Source: Candidatus Bathyarchaeia archaeon (GTDB lineage: Archaea > Thermoproteota > Bathyarchaeia > 40CM-2-53-6). From it: a DNA stretch of 64,000 nt. A program made the position numbers and the translations under genes. How positions within the stretch are numbered: position 1 is the first letter of the stretch; the number at the start of each line of letters is the position of its first letter. The notes under the pieces are model-generated. The model was given only the letters and a program-made list of their open reading frames with translations, did no database searches and was not told the DNA's origin. Positions 27,893-36,882 of the stretch are shown piece after piece. The stretch covers positions 1 through 64,000 of the forward strand of contig JBEKSC010000012.1 of assembly GCA_049517415.1 (NCBI GenBank). Direction: 5' to 3'.

Positions 27893-28660
27893 ATGCTGGG
27901 GGCAATCTTCCTAAGACGTAATCCCATTTCCGGAGAACGGTTGAACGGTTTGTCCGCTGAAAAAAAGATCGTCGTATCCAAGGACGGACCCTATCTTGTA
28001 TCAAAGAACATCCCCCTCAGTATGCAGATAATCACGCCGAATGAGGAAGGTTTTTCGTGGGAGTGGAAACAGGGTAAAACCTTCGATACAAAATCGGACT
28101 ACAAGCTCTGTCGTTGCGGGCGCTCAAAGACTAAACCCTTCTGTGATGATACTCACAAGAAGGTCAAATTCAACGGAAAAGAGACCGCGAGCCGGACGCC
28201 GGTTGCAAGGCAATCAGAAACATTTGACGGGCCTACGATGACTCTTAGCGACGTTGAACAACTCTGTGCCTTCGCGCGATTCTGCGATGCTGGAGGTAAG
28301 ATTTGGGGTCTGATCCAACAGACGGACAACCCGGCGGCTCGCGAGCTGGCCATAAGAGAAGCCAACCACTGCCCGTCAGGCCGACTGGTCTTACACGACA
28401 AGAAGACCGGGAAGGAGATTGAACATAAGCTTCCACCTTCCATCGGTGTGGTTGAAGATCCGGCGCTTGGCTGCAGTGGCCCGTTATGGGTTCGCGGAGG
28501 GGTGAGGATCGAATCTGAGAACGGAATTCCCTATGAAGTCCGGAATCGCGTTACGCTTTGCCGATGTGGGGCCTCGGACAACATGCCGTTTTGCAACGGC
28601 AGCCACGCAAGCATCAAATTCAAAGACGGACTTGTCGAATTCAGGAATCAAAGCCAGTGA
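27893..28660 (+). CDS. CDGSH iron-sulfur protein (two CDGSH domains flanking a divergent ferredoxin domain)
   Basis: LCRCGRSKTKPFCDDTH, LCAFARFC..CPSG, LCRCGASDNMPFCNGSH; true start probably ~27950. Confidence 0.9.
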   Translation: MLGAIFLRRNPISGERLNGLSAEKKIVVSKDGPYLVSKNIPLSMQIITPNEEGFSWEWKQGKTFDTKSDYKLCRCGRSKTKPFCDDTHKKVKFNGKETASRTPVARQSETFDGPTMTLSDVEQLCAFARFCDAGGKIWGLIQQTDNPAARELAIREANHCPSGRLVLHDKKTGKEIEHKLPPSIGVVEDPALGCSGPLWVRGGVRIESENGIPYEVRNRVTLCRCGASDNMPFCNGSHASIKFKDGLVEFRNQSQ

Positions 28661-28697
28661 ACGGCCGTAGATGAACACGAATCCGACCGTGAAGCAG

Positions 28698-29111
28698 CTA
28701 TTTAGAGGTACGAATGTTGGCGCGAGTTCTTAGTATGTATAGCGAAGCGAGAATGAAAATCGCCTCTAAGGCCTTGATTAGAAACGCGAACGGGGCGAGG
28801 GGTTGCGGCGGAACTCCAAAAGGAAGCCACATCTGAGTCGATACGAAGTATATGATGATGGAGACGGAGAAACCGAAAATCCCCAGCGCAAGTAAACTCC
28901 TATTGATTGATTTCAGGATAATGCCGATCCAAGCTAACTGGAATAAACCTAGAGCGATGAAGAAAGTTACAACTGGAACTACACCATCTCCAAATTCCTG
29001 ATGCATGAACGCAGGCGCGAACATCATCCCTAGCGTAGGCGAGACCAAATGGTCTAAAGCGGGCAGGATTGCGGCAAAGGCGCCAATCCTCCGCACCTTC
29101 TTCGAATCCAC
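28698..29111 (-). CDS. Hypothetical membrane protein
   Basis: 4 hydrophobic segments. Confidence 0.7.
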   Translation of the reverse strand: MDSKKVRRIGAFAAILPALDHLVSPTLGMMFAPAFMHQEFGDGVVPVVTFFIALGLFQLAWIGIILKSINRSLLALGIFGFSVSIIIYFVSTQMWLPFGVPPQPLAPFAFLIKALEAIFILASLYILRTRANIRTSK

Positions 29112-29139
29112 TCGAGATGAACCTCTGCTAGAGGCGTCC

Positions 29140-29416
29140 TTACTCTTGAGTTTCTAGGAGTTCGGCGAGGCGGCCCAGGGTTTCAGTTGCCCCTTCCTTC
29201 ATGCCCGTCTTGAGCATCCCGTCGCGATCTTCCTTCGATTGGAATAGGGCTGTGATGGTGAGCTTCGTCTTTTCACCCTCATTTCGGAATAAGGGCCGGA
29301 TCCGTGTAAGCCTTGAATACGAGCTCACGCGGCGCTTCGAAGACACGAGTAATTACGATTTCCTGGTCCGACGGCGTCGTAAATGTTGCGCCGGCTCCAG
29401 CTTTACTGTTCCGCAA
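29140..29416 (-). pseudogene. SRPBCC/AHSA1-like gene with internal deletion and frameshift
   Basis: N-terminus TTPSDQEIVITRVFEAPRELVFKAYTDPALIPK* joins the C-terminus EGEKTKLTITALFQSKEDRDGMLKTGM..LAELL in another frame at ~29280; the middle is missing. Confidence 0.85.
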
Positions 29417-29433
29417 ACCCGTATCTCGTTGTC

Positions 29434-29862
29434 TTATTCGAAGCCTACTATGCTTGTTCCGTAAGGGTTGTAGATTAGAATAAGCCATCGTCCATCTGGC
29501 TGTTTCCGGAGTACATCCGAAGAGGCTCCTGCCCTGTCCATTTTCTTACCGTCGGGAGAAGTAGCTGTCAACGTCCACCTAGAACAATGAAGGGCAATGT
29601 CGCCAGCGTCCACTATCTGTTGGGCTTGTCGGCGAAGTGTGGGCTTCAATGAAACAAATCCCTTGTATGCTTCACGGATTGCAACCTTACCACGGGCGAC
29701 TTGACCAGGTTGCCCAGCAAGAGGCTGAACCACTAGAACGGCGTCAGGCTCGAAAAAACTCAACATTGCTTCGAGATCTCCTCGATTGATGGCCGCGGTC
29801 AGATCATTGATAGTCTCCAAGGCACTTGGTTGAGTCATGGTCTTCTCATTCACCTTGACCAA
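29434..29862 (-). CDS. SnoaL/DUF4440 (NTF2-like) protein
   Basis: AINRGDLEAM..FEPDA..GDIAL..DVLRKQPDGRWL. Confidence 0.88.
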   Translation of the reverse strand: MVKVNEKTMTQPSALETINDLTAAINRGDLEAMLSFFEPDAVLVVQPLAGQPGQVARGKVAIREAYKGFVSLKPTLRRQAQQIVDAGDIALHCSRWTLTATSPDGKKMDRAGASSDVLRKQPDGRWLILIYNPYGTSIVGFE

Positions 29863-29909
29863 ATGGTACTAGAACCCATTCTTTAGCTAAACAAGTCCTT
29901 AAGATTTGA

Positions 29910-29935
29910 TAGCGGGGCCGAAGGGATTTGAACCC
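29910..29935 (-). other. Isolated tRNA 3'-end fragment, possible att site remnant
   Basis: Minus strand GGGTTCAAATCCCTTCGGCCCCGCTA; no D or anticodon arms upstream. Confidence 0.7.
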
Positions 29936-30032
29936 AATACCTGGTCCCAGTCATCTAGAAGGTTAGCCAGCAAAGAGAACTACTTTGTGAGCGTCTTCGT
30001 TTCGGATGGAGACGGTGATACTAACTGCAATC

Positions 30033-30398
30033 CTAAGCGTAAGTTCGCGTGTCGTATCTTGAGCGATCCGCGAACCACCCTCGAAGGCCTTGAACGGCGG
30101 ATGGGTACCCCTGGACCGCATAGAGGAGGAGTGAGATAGTATTAGCTCTCTCCTGCGTGGACAACGATGGCCACAGGCGTGAGAGCAGGCTGAGGGATTG
30201 TTGACCCAAGTCTGCTTGGACATTGTACGTGGAAGGCGCAGGCGAAGGCGCGTACGAGGGCGTATACGACGGCGTGTAAGAAGGCGCGTATGAAGGCGTG
30301 TACGATGGCGTGTAAGAAGAGGGCATCCTTAAGCCACAACTGTGACAAAACAGAGCCCGGTCACTAACAGTCGTGTTGCAATTTGAACAGCTAACCAT
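30033..30398 (-). CDS. Zinc-ribbon protein with (PSY[T/A]) tandem repeats
   Basis: CSNC..FCHSCG followed by SSYT-PSYT-PSYA-PSYT-PSYT-PSYA-PS. Confidence 0.75.
   Translation of the reverse strand: MVSCSNCNTTVSDRALFCHSCGLRMPSSYTPSYTPSYAPSYTPSYTPSYAPSPAPSTYNVQADLGQQSLSLLSRLWPSLSTQERANTISLLLYAVQGYPSAVQGLRGWFADRSRYDTRTYA
30244..30318. repeat. Coding 12-bp tandem repeat (about 6 units)
   Basis: Units like GAAGGCGCGTAC / GAGGGCGTATAC / GACGGCGTGTAA on the plus strand. Confidence 0.85.
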
Positions 30399-30497
30399 AC
30401 TCTATACGACGGGTGTGCAGGTTTTTCATGTTTTCTGTTCCCTCAAGACGGATAGGAGGGCAAAGGATGGCCGTAGCAATGGCCGGGAGCCTATGGG

Positions 30498-31475
30498 TTA
30501 CATGTAGTCGCTTCTCCTGACCACGCCCAGTACGGGTTCATGGTTCAGGAATCTTTTCACGTTCTCAACTGCGTGCATCGTGCCCTTCTCGAAAGAATGG
30601 CTGACAAGCCCTGAGTTGTGTGGTGAACCTAGAACGTTGGGCAACTCCAGGAAGGGGTAGTTCGTGGAAAATTTCCCGTGGTGTAGGGGTTCAATCCACC
30701 AGGCGTCAATCGCGGCTGTAAATTGGGGGTTCTCCTTCAGCTTCCGGTATAGTGCGCCCTCGTCGATAATGTCCGCGCGGGCCACGTTCACGACGACAGC
30801 ATCATTCTTCATCCATCCCAATTGCTCCTCCCCGATTAGCTTTCGAGTTGATTTCGTTAATGGAATGGTGATGATGACGATGTCGGCAAGGAGCAGCACA
30901 TGTTCGAGGTCTTTGAGCGTTCCGATAAAGTCGACTGGTTCATCGGTTCGTCCGGTCGTGTTGAGCGCATAGATCTTGACATCAAAACAACGCAGGAGGC
31001 GTGCAACCGTCTTTCCTATGCCGCCGAAACCCAGGATCGCACATGTGGAGCCTCGTAGCATTCGGTTCACGTTGGTTTGGTCAAATGTGCCGTTCCTGAG
31101 TTTCACTTGCCGGTCGAAGAGGTTCTTAGTAATGGCTAGGATCATGGCGACTACATGCTCCGCCATAGGTTCTGCATAGGCTCCGGCATTGCTAGCAATC
31201 ATTAGGCCCGGCGGGAGGTCTTTGAAGGGTAGCTGGTCGACGCCCGCGGTGAGCAATTGCAACATCTTCACGTGGTCGAGCAACTTGAATTCCTCAGGCC
31301 GCAACTCCTCCTTCACATTCCAAGAGATTAGCAGGTCGGTGTCGGCGAGTTCTTTTGCACGATTCCCCGGCGAAACGTCCGAGAGAAAAACTATCCCAGA
31401 AGCTTTGCCCAGAGCTTTGGTGAGCGTCTCCCTCTGCTCTCCCTGAACGCGAAAAGTGACCAAGACGCTAGTCAT
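30498..31475 (-). CDS. D-isomer-specific 2-hydroxyacid dehydrogenase
   Basis: ILGFGGIG, VNVARA, AIDAWW.EP, GSPHN. Confidence 0.94.
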   Translation of the reverse strand: MTSVLVTFRVQGEQRETLTKALGKASGIVFLSDVSPGNRAKELADTDLLISWNVKEELRPEEFKLLDHVKMLQLLTAGVDQLPFKDLPPGLMIASNAGAYAEPMAEHVVAMILAITKNLFDRQVKLRNGTFDQTNVNRMLRGSTCAILGFGGIGKTVARLLRCFDVKIYALNTTGRTDEPVDFIGTLKDLEHVLLLADIVIITIPLTKSTRKLIGEEQLGWMKNDAVVVNVARADIIDEGALYRKLKENPQFTAAIDAWWIEPLHHGKFSTNYPFLELPNVLGSPHNSGLVSHSFEKGTMHAVENVKRFLNHEPVLGVVRRSDYM

Positions 31476-31557
31476 GCCGCGCTTTCATCCATGCCAGCGT
31501 TTCACGTATTTCGTCCGCGCAACTTCTTGAAAAGATACCAAGGTTCCTAGGTGGCGT

Positions 31558-31806
31558 CTAACCTAGATAGGTTCTGCAATAACGGCAGAAACGATCGTTG
31601 AGGTCCACTTGGCGCCAGCAAGAAGGGCATAGTCTGAAACCCGTAGTTTGTCGTCTTTGCTGAAAAACAGCTGGAGTAAGGAAGCCCGAGGGAACGTAAG
31701 GATAGTAGTATGTGAGGTACGGGCCGGAACCAGTTGCCATCCCACAAACCCGGCATATGGCTGCTGAATCCTCCAAGCGAGAGAGACAATATTTGCAATA
31801 AATCAT
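31558..31806 (-). CDS. Double zinc-ribbon protein
   Basis: Four CxxC pairs (CKYC, CRVC, CPSC, CRYC). Confidence 0.7.
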   Translation of the reverse strand: MIYCKYCLSRLEDSAAICRVCGMATGSGPYLTYYYPYVPSGFLTPAVFQQRRQTTGFRLCPSCWRQVDLNDRFCRYCRTYLG

Positions 31807-31921
31807 CGCAGAGACCTGACAGAATTAGTATTGCCGTCTCCTAGATTAGAATCACTATTCTATTGTGAGCTTCAGGTGAAGTGAACTTGACGTATAGATG
31901 GCTCAGGGAGCTTGGCCTCGG

Positions 31922-32968
31922 CTACTCGAAGTACTTCCTAAGCTTGCTGCAAGTCTCCTCAGGCGCCTCGTAAACCTCCTGTCCGCCCAGCAGATACTGG
32001 AACGCCCACACGTCGCTCACAAACTTGGGCTTGTATCCATACCGGGAGACAACGCGAAGGCCAACGTCGAAGTAGTCAAGGTTTTCACTAAACGGCCCTG
32101 AATAAATCGCGGCGTTGTAGCTCCTGATACCGACATCGTAATAGTACTTGAGAACTTTGACGAGGCCCTCAGAGAGGCCGCGAAAGTCTTCATCCGAAAG
32201 TGAACTTAGGCTTGAAGCATGAGATACAACTGCCTGGGCCTCATTCAAACCGAACGGCGCATACGGGGTTAGCCAATGAACCCTCCCTGTCGCCCCTAGA
32301 TATCTGCTCCCGATACGCCTCTCCTCCTCAACTAACTCAGCCCAATATGGGGTACCATGTTTCTGGAAGTACGCGCGGCTCGCGTCTGTGAGCTCCTCTG
32401 TTCCTTGCAGTGGCAGGTCGCTCGCGAGGGCCTGCACGTGTGGGTGGGCGACGGTTGAACCCGCGGGTGGGTAAAAGTTCACGACGATCGCATTATACTT
32501 CACCGCGGGTTGCCAGGTGTGAAGTCGCCGGAAATACTCTGCGCATGCCTTGAATGCGTCAGCGAACATGGCCGGTTGGATTTGATTTAAGGGGACACGG
32601 TGCGAGCGTGTTGGGACAACGACCGCGTTATGGTCCTCATGGGCGAAGAGGCTTGGAAAGCACACCGCTTCACCCACGCGAATACGGCCTTCACGTGAGA
32701 TTTCCGGAATGAATTTTGGCGCCTTAGTCTCCAACGAACTGGGACAGAAGGGACATCCCTCAAGAGTTGAATTCGCTAGATCCTCAACAGCGGCCTCATC
32801 CGACTCGATGAACCGTTTAACATAATCCATCCGGCCTTTGAGCACAATTACTCTTCGGCCAGTTAGCGGATCCCGCCTGTGCTCGATTACTTGACTCACA
32901 GGTTCAAAGTTCTGGAGAGGGCTGAGGAGGCGTGCTTCTCTCGTGACCGACTCGAAATGAATCGGCAT
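31922..32968 (-). CDS. galT: Galactose-1-phosphate uridylyltransferase family protein
   Basis: EHRRDPLTG, CPFCP, AGSTVAHPHVQ; start moved to ATG 32968 (MPIHF). Confidence 0.85.
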   Translation of the reverse strand: MPIHFESVTREARLLSPLQNFEPVSQVIEHRRDPLTGRRVIVLKGRMDYVKRFIESDEAAVEDLANSTLEGCPFCPSSLETKAPKFIPEISREGRIRVGEAVCFPSLFAHEDHNAVVVPTRSHRVPLNQIQPAMFADAFKACAEYFRRLHTWQPAVKYNAIVVNFYPPAGSTVAHPHVQALASDLPLQGTEELTDASRAYFQKHGTPYWAELVEEERRIGSRYLGATGRVHWLTPYAPFGLNEAQAVVSHASSLSSLSDEDFRGLSEGLVKVLKYYYDVGIRSYNAAIYSGPFSENLDYFDVGLRVVSRYGYKPKFVSDVWAFQYLLGGQEVYEAPEETCSKLRKYFE

Positions 32969-33084
32969 GGCAAATCTTGCTAAGCTGGAGGTTGGATGGT
33001 AAATTCGGGGTTCGCTGGGTTGCAATTCTGGGTGCCAAGAATTCCCCTTTAATCCGCCCACCGCCAACCCCGGAATGAGCCCAA

Positions 33085-33612
33085 TTGGAGTTCGTTGAAG
33101 TTCTAACTCACAGGCGTTCAGTGCGCGCGTACAAACCTCAGCCAGTTGAGGAGAACAAACTGAAACAACTATTCGAGGCAGCGAACATGGCACCCTCGGC
33201 GGGGAACCTGCAAGCGTACAATGTCCAAGTGGTTCGCGACCAAGCGAAGAAGGATGCTCTTGCGAAAGCGGCGCATGGCCAAGGTTTCATCGCCCAAGCA
33301 CCCGTTTGCTTGGTGTTTAGCGCGGATCCTAAACGTTCAGCCACAAAATACGGGAAGAGAGGTACGGAACTTTACAGCGTGCAGGACGCAACAATCGCTG
33401 GAGCCTTCGCCATGCTTGCCGCCGTGAACCTCGGCTTAGCAACAGTCTGGGTGGGAGACTTTGACGAGAAGAAAGTGCAGCAAGTCCTAGGGCTAAAGTC
33501 GGCACACCCCGTAGCAATGTTCTCATTAGGTTACGCGGCAGAACAACCCGAAGCCTCGCCCAGAAGGGCCATTGAAGAAATCTTTCAAGGAGACTTCCCA
33601 CAGACCGACTAG
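33085..33612 (+). CDS. Nitroreductase family protein
   Basis: RRSVRAY..APSAGNLQ..LGLATVWVG. Confidence 0.93.
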   Translation: MEFVEVLTHRRSVRAYKPQPVEENKLKQLFEAANMAPSAGNLQAYNVQVVRDQAKKDALAKAAHGQGFIAQAPVCLVFSADPKRSATKYGKRGTELYSVQDATIAGAFAMLAAVNLGLATVWVGDFDEKKVQQVLGLKSAHPVAMFSLGYAAEQPEASPRRAIEEIFQGDFPQTD

Positions 33613-33752
33613 CTCACATTCGCACGAAACTCCATCAGCAACAGGCAGGCCTCGACATCTTGTCTCCCGCGGAGCAATTGGCACCACTGGAGCATCATCT
33701 CCGCACAGAATTAATACGGAGACGTTGTAGTGCGCCTCGAGTGTGAAAGCGA

Positions 33753-34118
33753 ATGGCGTCCACGGACAAGTTGATGAAAGTTAGGTCACAGCAACTCATT
33801 CACCTCACGACGAGGGGACGAAAGACGGGGGAGCCGCACACTGTAGAGTTATGGTTCGCAGCCAGTAATGGCATTGTCTTCCTTAGCCACGAGGGAAAGG
33901 AGACTGACTGGATGAAGAACATCAAGCAGAACGGCGAGGTCTCTTTCGAGATTGGTGGAGCAAATTTCACGGGAAAAGGCCACTACATCACCGAAGACCC
34001 GGATGAAGCATGGCGGTGCAAAGTTGCTCTTTACGAAAAATACTACGGGAAGGCAGCGAAAGAAATCATCGACGATTGGTTCTCACTCTCCACGCTCATC
34101 GCAATTGAAATCGCGTAG
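33753..34118 (+). CDS. Deazaflavin (F420)-dependent nitroreductase / split-barrel protein
   Basis: LTTRGRKTGEPH..WF..DWMKNI. Confidence 0.85.
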   Translation: MASTDKLMKVRSQQLIHLTTRGRKTGEPHTVELWFAASNGIVFLSHEGKETDWMKNIKQNGEVSFEIGGANFTGKGHYITEDPDEAWRCKVALYEKYYGKAAKEIIDDWFSLSTLIAIEIA

Positions 34119-34209
34119 AATTGAGGACGATTAGGTCACAATCCTTGATATTGCAATTGTAGCCGCAGTCGTTCTGTCGCGGCGGCTATGAAACGTTCAT
34201 TCAGAGGGC

Positions 34210-34683
34210 TTAAAGATTCAGCAGCGTAACTATCTGGGCTGCTATTGTGGCTCCTTCAAGCTCTAATTCCCGCAGTTTAAGTTTGCTCAGCTTCTCGGAT
34301 GAGACGCGGAGAACCGACCGCATCAGATCTCGATCGGTAACAATACCAACTAGTTTGCTTCCTTCAATGATGGGAAGTTGACGAATTCTTTTTTCGAGCA
34401 TCACGTTCACGGCGTCCTGAACGGCCATATCAGGAGTCCCCGTGATGAGCGGTTTTGACATGACTTGCTTTACTGGTTCAAGGAGGACTTGAGCTCCTTT
34501 CGAGACTTGCTCGACTACGTCACCCTCGGTAATGATTCCGATAGCGGTTTCCCCATCAAGAACAACCACGCTACCGATATTGTTGTTGTCCATTACCGCG
34601 ACTGCCGCGGTGAGCTTCTCGTCGGGCTTCACTGTTCGGACAGGCCTACTCATTATTTGGCCAATCTTATCTTCAGCCATCAA
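34210..34683 (-). CDS. CBS domain protein
   Basis: Tandem CBS motifs GIITEGD / GIVTDRD. Confidence 0.92.
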   Translation of the reverse strand: MMAEDKIGQIMSRPVRTVKPDEKLTAAVAVMDNNNIGSVVVLDGETAIGIITEGDVVEQVSKGAQVLLEPVKQVMSKPLITGTPDMAVQDAVNVMLEKRIRQLPIIEGSKLVGIVTDRDLMRSVLRVSSEKLSKLKLRELELEGATIAAQIVTLLNL

Positions 34684-34785
34684 TCATCAATCCAAAGTAA
34701 AGCGTCCATCTAACTCAAGCAGACGCAACTATTAAGATTCACAGCCCTGCTCACGATTCTGCTAAGCGCAATTGTCGGTCACAAA

Positions 34786-34980
34786 CTAACTTCCGTGTTC
34801 GAGCGCGATTTTTCGAAGGTCCTCTTTGAACTCAGTCGCCCTTTTCGCCAGGGCCTTCTGAACAGCGCCTTCTTCGATCGGAAATATTCGTCCGCATTTC
34901 TCGCAGGAAACCTTCCCAACGCCTATGAGGTAGGATCTCTTGAACCCCAGCCATTGCAACCTTGCCCAGGAAAACTCCAT
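34786..34980 (-). CDS. Small putative Zn-binding protein (5' end uncertain)
   Basis: CEKCGRIF; frame open upstream without a clear start. Confidence 0.35.
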   Translation of the reverse strand: MEFSWARLQWLGFKRSYLIGVGKVSCEKCGRIFPIEEGAVQKALAKRATEFKEDLRKIALEHGS

Positions 34981-35451
34981 CGTGAGGGAACTTTTAGTGC
35001 AATGGTGAGTGTTCGGGTTAGATATGGTACATGCACCCCGATCGAGTCCTGGTGTCTTGGCCTTTTGAGGGTTCCGAGCCGCCTAACATGTGGGCGCTGA
35101 GCATTAACGACAATGAGAAGATTAGCGATCCTTGTCAACATTGATCAACGGTTAGGACTCTAATTCGCTAGTTCAAACCTACAGAATTGCATCCGGAAAA
35201 GTCAGCAAGAAAGCTGCTTAGCCTCGAGCCAGCAAGAAGTACAGTTAGCCAAACCATCTGAGTCGGGATGTAGTTCTCTTACAACTTTTGCTTGAATTCT
35301 TGGCCGTGATGGTGCTAGTGGGCTTTCTTCTCTTGCTAGGGATGTTTCATCCATACCGGTTATATATTCCATCAGGAAAACGGCTGACTACACGCGGCAG
35401 TCGAGTACTACGACGGCGCCTACGGAATAAGCATCTTGAGATCGATGCTCA

Positions 35452-36666
35452 ATGAAGAACGAGCTAGCCATATTCTTTGTAATATTGGCGGCGAGTTTTG
35501 TTGTCACCCCAGTTGCCGGTCACCAAACGTGTCTTGGGAAGCAGACGGAGAGAAGAGGAATCTGCAATGTGCTAGGGCATCCGAATGCCGCTGGCGTCAA
35601 CTCCGTACTAGTCGGTGGTCAAAATGGCACATGGTTTGAGCCGGGGCAGTCGCCCAGGCTTTATGTGGTCAATCTTCAAAACAATTCCGCCGTCCACTTA
35701 TCTCCTGTTCGAAGTCAGGGCACTGTTTGGGGTGGTGGCTTCAACGGGTCACAGTTCTTGATTTCAGGGTGGGGTACCGACGACGATTCTTATGGGCCGT
35801 ATGTTTTCCTATATGATGGAGCGAAGGTTCTAGCTGAACGTTCGCTCGACTATTACGGCGAAGCATCAGAATGGAGCGGGGGAGACGTCTTCGCTGCAAG
35901 CTACAATGGAAAGGAATGGTTGCTCTCAGGTTTAGGCTCAGGCCCACTGTCACCCAATGCTACTTACTCGGAAAATCATATGAGCTTAGGAACTTTCAAC
36001 GGTACTGTTTTCACAGACTTATCCACTCTCGTTCCGCATCAGCACGATGCCATTCTGTACGCAAATGCTTGGAATGGCCTCTATTGGTTGATCGGAGGGG
36101 GCTACGTTGATAATGGTACAATATTCACTTTCGACGGAAGTAGAATTGTTGACCTCACCACGCAAGCCGAACTCGCTATCCCTAGCTTTGCCGCAGTTCA
36201 GTCCATCGGATGGAATGGTGAATACTGGTTGATCGGTGGATTTGGCTTCCTCACTCAGTTTGATGGTCGCAACTTTGTGGACCTTACTCAACAACTCAAA
36301 GCCGCAGTGAGAACGGAAAATTACCTTTCAGTGAACGCTATTGCATGGAACGGCCAGTCATGGATGATCGGTGGAGGAACACCCGTGGCTCAAGTAACTC
36401 CAAGCCAAGCTTGGATTGCAACCTACAGCTCGGCCGGATTCGTTAATCTCTCGTCTGCACTCCCATCATACATCTCCAACGGTACACAAACCTCGAGCAT
36501 CCTGACAATCACCGCCGCGAACGGATTTTGGACAATTGGTGGTTATTCAGGCGATAAGGGCACACTATTCGTATACAGCAACGCATACTTCACAGATTAC
36601 TCCAGCCTCGTGAGCGATATGACCTACGTTAACTGGGCGTCGAACCTACAAGACCTCGCATTCTAG
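35452..36666 (+). CDS. Secreted repeat protein, probable beta-propeller
   Basis: Signal peptide; about six [WFY]NGxxW[LM]IGG..F[DN]Gxx[FI]xDL repeats. Confidence 0.75.
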   Translation: MKNELAIFFVILAASFVVTPVAGHQTCLGKQTERRGICNVLGHPNAAGVNSVLVGGQNGTWFEPGQSPRLYVVNLQNNSAVHLSPVRSQGTVWGGGFNGSQFLISGWGTDDDSYGPYVFLYDGAKVLAERSLDYYGEASEWSGGDVFAASYNGKEWLLSGLGSGPLSPNATYSENHMSLGTFNGTVFTDLSTLVPHQHDAILYANAWNGLYWLIGGGYVDNGTIFTFDGSRIVDLTTQAELAIPSFAAVQSIGWNGEYWLIGGFGFLTQFDGRNFVDLTQQLKAAVRTENYLSVNAIAWNGQSWMIGGGTPVAQVTPSQAWIATYSSAGFVNLSSALPSYISNGTQTSSILTITAANGFWTIGGYSGDKGTLFVYSNAYFTDYSSLVSDMTYVNWASNLQDLAF

Positions 36667-36882
36667 CCCCAGCTCGGAGTACGCCCACAATTTGTGCGGA
36701 AGGTTTGCCTCCACCCTAGAGCGCACTGCTAGTCCTCTTAGTAAGATGGTATGGTCTGTTAGATGTAATCAAGCACAGATCGACGAGTTGGTTTTCATGG
36801 CGATGTTGCTGCACTAAATTGTCTGGGAGTTAAGACGCATACTTCACATCCCTGAATCGACATTCTTCCTTGCGATACTCTG

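Noticed and set aside
30244..30318. Homology to the RNA polymerase II CTD
   Set aside because: Period is 4 rather than 7 and the protein is not a polymerase subunit; compositional analogy only.
32969..33193. 75-aa N-terminal extension of GalT in the ORF track
   Set aside because: Overlaps the divergent nitroreductase; family-like sequence starts at MPIHF (32968).
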